Of a DNA stretch of 43,578 bases, positions 39,470 through 43,578 are shown in pieces (the first letter of the stretch is position 1; every line of letters begins with the position of its first letter). The notes below the pieces were generated by a model. It was given only the letters and a program-made list of their open reading frames with translations. It was not told where the DNA came from and searched no databases. The stretch comes from Bdellovibrionales bacterium (lineage in GTDB: Bacteria; Bdellovibrionota; Bdellovibrionia; Bdellovibrionales; DASUEL01): assembly GCA_050250255.1 (NCBI GenBank), contig JBFWOZ010000025.1:1-43578 (forward strand), given 5' to 3'. The position numbers and the translations under genes are program-made.

Positions 39470-39898
39470 TCAAGCCACATACTCAAGATCCTCCAGCTCA
39501 ACACTGTGAGTGGATTGGGTTGAAGATTCGGGAAAAATACTCATGTAGATGGGCTTCTCAAACAAGTCGAAATCAAAACGAATAATGCCGTGTAAGGAAT
39601 CGGCCTGACCGTTGCCAACAATATTCCAGTAGTATTTATTTTTACTATTTGGATTTTTGTTAGGCTCTCTAGTCATGACAAGGTACCTCGAAGGATCGTT
39701 TTTGCTCGTAATGATGTAAAAGCGATCATTGAGAAATGTCCAAAGCCTAAGAGTGTAAGTGCTTTGACCTTCTTTTAAATAGGCCATTCCGACACTCTTG
39801 TTTTTTTCAAACTTATTGTCTTTCGTGAGAGTTCCCTGAGCGACTTGAAAGCGATAAAATTTCGATGGTTTGTTTTGCTGTACTAAATTGGTTTCCAT
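39470..39898 (-). CDS. Hypothetical protein with an internal duplicated beta-rich motif (possible ssDNA-binding)
   Basis: AAGGAG RBS; KSVGMAY...YTLRLWTF and NIVGNGQ...IRFDFDLF. Confidence 0.65.
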   Translation of the reverse strand: METNLVQQNKPSKFYRFQVAQGTLTKDNKFEKNKSVGMAYLKEGQSTYTLRLWTFLNDRFYIITSKNDPSRYLVMTREPNKNPNSKNKYYWNIVGNGQADSLHGIIRFDFDLFEKPIYMSIFPESSTQSTHSVELEDLEYVA

Positions 39899-40061
39899 TA
39901 ATATCTCCTTGGTTAAAAATAAAATTACTTTTCTGCATGGCGAGCCATTCATCTGTGCTCATCCACTTTGTTTGGTTTCCAGTTTTCACACGTATGAGAG
40001 TTGAAGCTCTCGTTCTCGCAATTCGTTTAATAATTGAAGCGGTTCGGTTTAAGCCGCGCAT
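39813..40061 (-). CDS. Possible small basic protein
   Basis: Fills the gap between two co-oriented genes but overlaps the next by 86 bp. Confidence 0.3.
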   Translation of the reverse strand: MRGLNRTASIIKRIARTRASTLIRVKTGNQTKWMSTDEWLAMQKSNFIFNQGDINGNQFSTAKQTIEILSLSSRSGNSHERQ

Positions 40062-40315
40062 AAGACGTCCGATTTGAACTTGTCATCTTCTTCGCACCAG
40101 CCGCACGCTCCGCAAATGGGTTTGCGTAACTCTACTTGTGATTGCTGTTCACATTCCGGGCATTGCAGCCAACCCAGTGTTTCAAATCGGTAGGAATCAA
40201 CCTCTATGTTTTGAAGATTGATTTCAAAAATGTCTCTGACACCGTAACCTTCATCGAGCAGTATTCGATCCACCCAAAATCGTCCAATGCGTTTGATTCT
40301 TCGCCGTCTTCTCAT
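40049..40315 (-). CDS. Small Arg-rich double-CxxC zinc-ribbon protein, first gene of the tra operon
   Basis: AAGGAGGTG RBS; MRRRRRIKR, CPEC...CGACGWC. Confidence 0.75.
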   Translation of the reverse strand: MRRRRRIKRIGRFWVDRILLDEGYGVRDIFEINLQNIEVDSYRFETLGWLQCPECEQQSQVELRKPICGACGWCEEDDKFKSDVLCAA

Positions 40316-40459
40316 CGTCACCTCCTTTCGCGCCAACAGGCGCAGTTGAAGGAAGTAAGAAAAGCAACAATGGGCCACATGCCATGTGGTGAGTGGCTGA
40401 TAAGTGCTACTGAGCAATTTCAAATACTTAGATGGATTTGAGTTAATTTTTGTTTGAAT

Positions 40460-40519
40460 AAACCCCTGCAGCTTGCAGGGGTTTTGCGATACAAAACTAC
40501 TGCAAAGGTGCAGGGGTTA
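40460..40519. promoter_or_regulatory. Two tandem dyad sites (half-site AAC[C/T][C/A]CTGCA), operator-like
   Basis: AAACCCCTGCA-gct-TGCAGGGGTTT and AAAACTACTGCA-aagg-TGCAGGGGTTA. Confidence 0.7.
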
Positions 40520-40532
40520 AAGATATTAAAAC

Positions 40533-40561
40533 TTTACATTCAAAAATACTCCAGCTAGCAT
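40533..40561 (+). promoter_or_regulatory. Putative sigma70 promoter
   Basis: TTTACA-N17-TAGCAT. Confidence 0.6.
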
Positions 40562-40565
40562 TTAA

Positions 40566-40730
40566 GATAGTTGGCTATCAATAATTCTCTGTGAGGAACT
40601 GATAGTTGGTAACTACTCGACTACAAGCACTCAGGAATAATCCCAGTGGGAACTCTTGAATACGCTAAGTAGCACCCGAGGCAACATAGCTAGTTCAGTG
40701 AATTGGCTAATAAATTTTCTAAAAATTTAA
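40566..40730 (+). ncRNA. Putative structured leader RNA or sRNA
   Basis: Nested stems CTCG/CGAG, CTAC/GTAG, AGC/GCT, TCAGGA/TCTTGA, TCCC/GGGA; hairpin 40687-40709; G-U pairs favour the + strand. Confidence 0.45.
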
Positions 40731-40751
40731 TTTTCTACCAGGAGAAAACTT

Positions 40752-40850
40752 ATGCAAAAGGTTTTGCTTGGCTATGGCATTGCCATGACTGTTGCTCTCG
40801 GAATGGTTTTGGTTTTACTTCTAGCCATATTCGTTTACGTGAGTTTATAA
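40752..40850 (+). CDS. 32-aa hydrophobic peptide MQKVLLGYGIAMTVALGMVLVLLLAIFVYVSL (below the ORF-track cutoff)
   Basis: AGGAGA RBS, ATG to TAA, followed by a strong hairpin. Confidence 0.7.
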   Translation: MQKVLLGYGIAMTVALGMVLVLLLAIFVYVSL

Positions 40851-40861
40851 AATTGCTATTT

Positions 40862-40893
40862 CCCGCACGTCCTTTTTAAAAAGGGCGTGCGGG
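40862..40893 (+). terminator. Strong hairpin after the peptide ORF (no U-tract; terminator or stability element)
   Basis: CCCGCACGTCCTTT-ttaa-AAAGGGCGTGCGGG. Confidence 0.55.
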
Positions 40894-40909
40894 CATCTAA
40901 AATATCCCA

Positions 40910-40937
40910 TAACCCCTGCAGACACTGCAGTAGTTTT
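40910..40937. promoter_or_regulatory. Third dyad site, inverted copy of 40493-40519
   Basis: TAACCCCTGCA-gacac-TGCAGTAGTTTT. Confidence 0.7.
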
Positions 40938-41116
40938 TGGTGTCATTTAGTCACTAAATTAAATCTATTGAGTTTAAATTGTAAGTCCTTCAATTGGTAT
41001 GTCAGATCAAATATAAGACATAGGAATCATTAAATATTTTCGTAAATTTGACTTCTTTATTACAGGGCGATACATCGGTTTCTGGGATTGGCCTACATTT
41101 CGCTCTTGGGGGAGCT

Positions 41117-42679
41117 ATGAAGAGTGCCATGAGTTTAAAAAATTTCAGTTCTTTCGTTTTATTCACCCTAGTCACCACATCCTGTACGAAGGGCAATCCG
41201 ACCAACGAGGTTTTGAATCAAACCTACGTAAAGGCAATCTACGCCCTTCCGCCAACATTAGATCCCATCCTCATGAACGATACGGCATCGTTGCTTGTTT
41301 CCAATCTGATTTATGAAGGCTTACTAAGATTTACTTCAGATTTGCAATTCGAAGGGGCGCTTGCTGAATCATGGTCAGTTGATCCAAGTGGAAAGCGTTA
41401 TGAGTTTATTCTTCGCGAAAACATAAAATTTCACGATGGTAGTAAAATCACTGCGCAAGATGTTGTGCGATCATTAACACGAGCTGTATCGCCACAAAGC
41501 ACGGTTTATAAATATTATGACTGCATCGTCGGTGCGGAAGACTATTTCAATAAAAAAGCAAAAACGGTTAATGGACTTAGAGCAGGCGCCGATAATAAAG
41601 TTGTCATTGAGCTTAAACTCCCGTTTCCTCCATTTTTATCTGTACTTGCCGGAGCCACTGCAAAGGTCCTTCCTGCGGCAGCAGAAAATCCAAGATTTTT
41701 TATAAGTCCTGTTGGGGCGGGTCCATTTAAGTTTGTGAGCAAATTAAAAAATAAAAATGGAAATGACGAATTACATCTTGAAAAATTTGAACAGTATGCT
41801 GGTACTCAACCAAAAATCTCAAAATTGATTCTGCGATCTCTTTCGGAAGCGGATGCTCTTAAGCAAGCTTCTGATGGTAGCATCTACGACTTAGCTAATT
41901 TCCCACTCTCAGGAAAAGAAGAAGTATTTAAAACGGGCGTCGATATGCACGCACCTGTGGCGGCAACTTGGATTATTGGTCTGAATACGAGAAAGCCACC
42001 CTTTAATGACGTAAATATTCGGAAAGCTTTTCGCGCCGCCGTTGATGCGGAAAGCTTTCGAAGTACATTCTATCCCGACGCAATACCTGCAAATGGTTAC
42101 ATTCCAAAAGGCTTACCTGGGTATCTCGAAAGTAATAAAGTTGTTGATGGATTACAAAAGCCACCTGCACATAAACAAATCACAGTCGTCTTTCCAGAAG
42201 TGTTAGATCGCCAAGTAGAAATGCGTTCACATCTAGAAAAATCCTTACGACAAAAGGGATGGAGTGTTTCTTTTGTGGCTATGGGTTGGGATAAACTCAT
42301 GGCGGGTTACGATAGGAAAACTCATCAAGCTTTTGTCGTGTCTATGAATATGGATTATCCCGACACCGAATTTTTGATTCGAAATTTTGAATCAAACAAT
42401 CCAGATAATTTTAGTGGACTGTCAGACGCGCGTCTCGACGGCTGGATAAGAGAAGCTAGATCCACACAAGATCGTCTGCGCCGTGGAGAAATCTATAAGA
42501 ATATCGTCACTCGACTGAATGACCTTGCAGTGACAGTCAATCTGTTTCATCCACGCGCTCATAATTGGGTAAGTCATTGCGTGAAAGATTTTGTTCCCAA
42601 TATTTTAGCCGACTACTATATCGACTATCGAAAAATAGAATTAGACGTTAATTGTATTGCGAAAGTTCAGCTATTATGA
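41117..42679 (+). CDS. Family 5 (OppA/DppA-like) substrate-binding lipoprotein
   Basis: TTSC lipobox, PTLDP, IYEGL, LAESW, KFHDGSKITAQDV, PVGAGPFKF, LNTRKPPF, DYPD. Confidence 0.92.
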   Translation: MKSAMSLKNFSSFVLFTLVTTSCTKGNPTNEVLNQTYVKAIYALPPTLDPILMNDTASLLVSNLIYEGLLRFTSDLQFEGALAESWSVDPSGKRYEFILRENIKFHDGSKITAQDVVRSLTRAVSPQSTVYKYYDCIVGAEDYFNKKAKTVNGLRAGADNKVVIELKLPFPPFLSVLAGATAKVLPAAAENPRFFISPVGAGPFKFVSKLKNKNGNDELHLEKFEQYAGTQPKISKLILRSLSEADALKQASDGSIYDLANFPLSGKEEVFKTGVDMHAPVAATWIIGLNTRKPPFNDVNIRKAFRAAVDAESFRSTFYPDAIPANGYIPKGLPGYLESNKVVDGLQKPPAHKQITVVFPEVLDRQVEMRSHLEKSLRQKGWSVSFVAMGWDKLMAGYDRKTHQAFVVSMNMDYPDTEFLIRNFESNNPDNFSGLSDARLDGWIREARSTQDRLRRGEIYKNIVTRLNDLAVTVNLFHPRAHNWVSHCVKDFVPNILADYYIDYRKIELDVNCIAKVQLL

Positions 42680-43578
42680 CCTCGCAAACTTTTGCCAGAC
42701 ATGTTTACTCGGCGCTAAAACCATATAGAATTGGAATTCCGATAGCGGTTTCTATCGGTGCTGGACTGTTGGTAGCTGTTTCAATACTCTTTCTAAGAGC
42801 TAATTCTGATTATCACCTAATACGAGCAATAGCACCTCACGTATCAACTCTTGTTGAGACACAGGACCGAGCCGAAATATTGCGAATGTTGAACTCAATT
42901 GCCAAAGAGCGCGGTGTGGAACTCACTCTTGTGCAAAGTGATTCTGTTATTAGCAGTTCAAAATCTGTTAGCGAGATGGATTTGGGCTTTTCGTCACCGA
43001 AAGCGCTGCTAGATTTTGACAGAACAATTATTTCTCGGGATAGCATCGTAACGTCTACATCTGTCGCACGCGAGAATGGCCCGTTTCTGAATTCACAGAT
43101 TTATATATTTTCCCCTCTAAAACCCATTTTACTTTCATGCTTAATCTTAGCACTTGCTGTGTTGGCCTTATCATTCACTGCAAGTCAAATTTATGCGCTT
43201 AAAATTGCAAGAACCATAAAACAGTCACTGCTTCCGATTGAAGAATTAGATCAAGCGATTCGAGAATTATTGATTCGTAAAGATGATACGTTGTTTTCAC
43301 CGACAGGTATTTTGGAGCTTGATAGTATCAGGCAGTCGTTAATTGAAACTCAAAGAGCTCTTAGCGATGCGACAGATCGTCTAGCGCAGAATAAAGCCAA
43401 ATCTCTGGTCGCCGATAGTTACAAAAGACTTATACATGATCTCTATACGCCGATCGCGGCTTTTAGAGAAACTATAAAAGATGTTGACCATACTCAGCTC
43501 GACTCTTCAGCTCTAGAAAAGAGCGCTTCAAAAATTTCCCGTCTTGCTGAACAAATTCTAAATCAGGTCAGTGCCGGA
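42676..43578 (+). CDS. Sensor histidine kinase, truncated by the window end (absent from the ORF track)
   Basis: Open frame MTSQTFARH... with ATGA overlap; 2 TM segments, HAMP-like segment, H-box RLIHDLYTPI. Confidence 0.85.
   Translation, partial: MTSQTFARHVYSALKPYRIGIPIAVSIGAGLLVAVSILFLRANSDYHLIRAIAPHVSTLVETQDRAEILRMLNSIAKERGVELTLVQSDSVISSSKSVSEMDLGFSSPKALLDFDRTIISRDSIVTSTSVARENGPFLNSQIYIFSPLKPILLSCLILALAVLALSFTASQIYALKIARTIKQSLLPIEELDQAIRELLIRKDDTLFSPTGILELDSIRQSLIETQRALSDATDRLAQNKAKSLVADSYKRLIHDLYTPIAAFRETIKDVDHTQLDSSALEKSASKISRLAEQILNQVSAG

Larger units (their letters stand above)
27486..43578. mobile_element. Integrative conjugative element; right end probably beyond the window
   Basis: att fragment, int/xis, relaxase-like gene, T4CP and VirB operon; no matching intact tRNA seen up to 43578. 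Confidence 0.85.

Noticed and set aside
40566..40730. SRP RNA, 6S RNA or a known riboswitch
   Set aside because: No SRP GGAA/AGCAG core, no convincing 6S terminal pairing, no aptamer consensus recognised
803..43046. Remaining short ORF-track entries nested in or antisense to longer genes
   Set aside because: Fully overlap well-supported CDSs and show no independent motifs

Overview
Bacterial chromosome segment. A Bdellovibrionota-like host is inferred from gene content (secreted proteases and lipoproteins, a transglutaminase-elicitor homologue, a hybrid kinase), not proven. Two mobile elements bracket about 25 kb of host genes. Left (1-~2046): the end of an element whose large serine recombinase reads through an intact minus-strand tRNA-Arg(TCT). 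Middle: folE, MBL hydrolase, YbdK-type ligase, dienelactone hydrolase and a methyltransferase; an AT-rich cassette (heme-oxygenase-like diiron enzyme, PilZ/FeeM-like acyltransferase, membrane GAF adenylate cyclase, hybrid histidine kinase); a secreted hydrolase cluster; an APC permease, a SWIM-SNF2 ATPase and an MNT-HEPN pair. Right (27486 to beyond the window): an ICE bounded by a tRNA-Pro-like 3' fragment, carrying a tyrosine integrase, excisionase, PD-(D/E)XK relaxase-like gene, coupling protein and a compact VirB-type operon without virB11. Main observations: (1) both elements share a 42-bp inverted-repeat site with an identical core (candidate oriT); (2) divergent from the tra operon is an unannotated structured leader and 32-aa hydrophobic peptide, followed by an OppA-like binding protein coupled to a histidine kinase (candidate peptide-signalling module); (3) the AT-rich cassette resembles a lipid-signal synthase plus receptor system. 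All functional assignments come from motif reading by eye; no searches were run.
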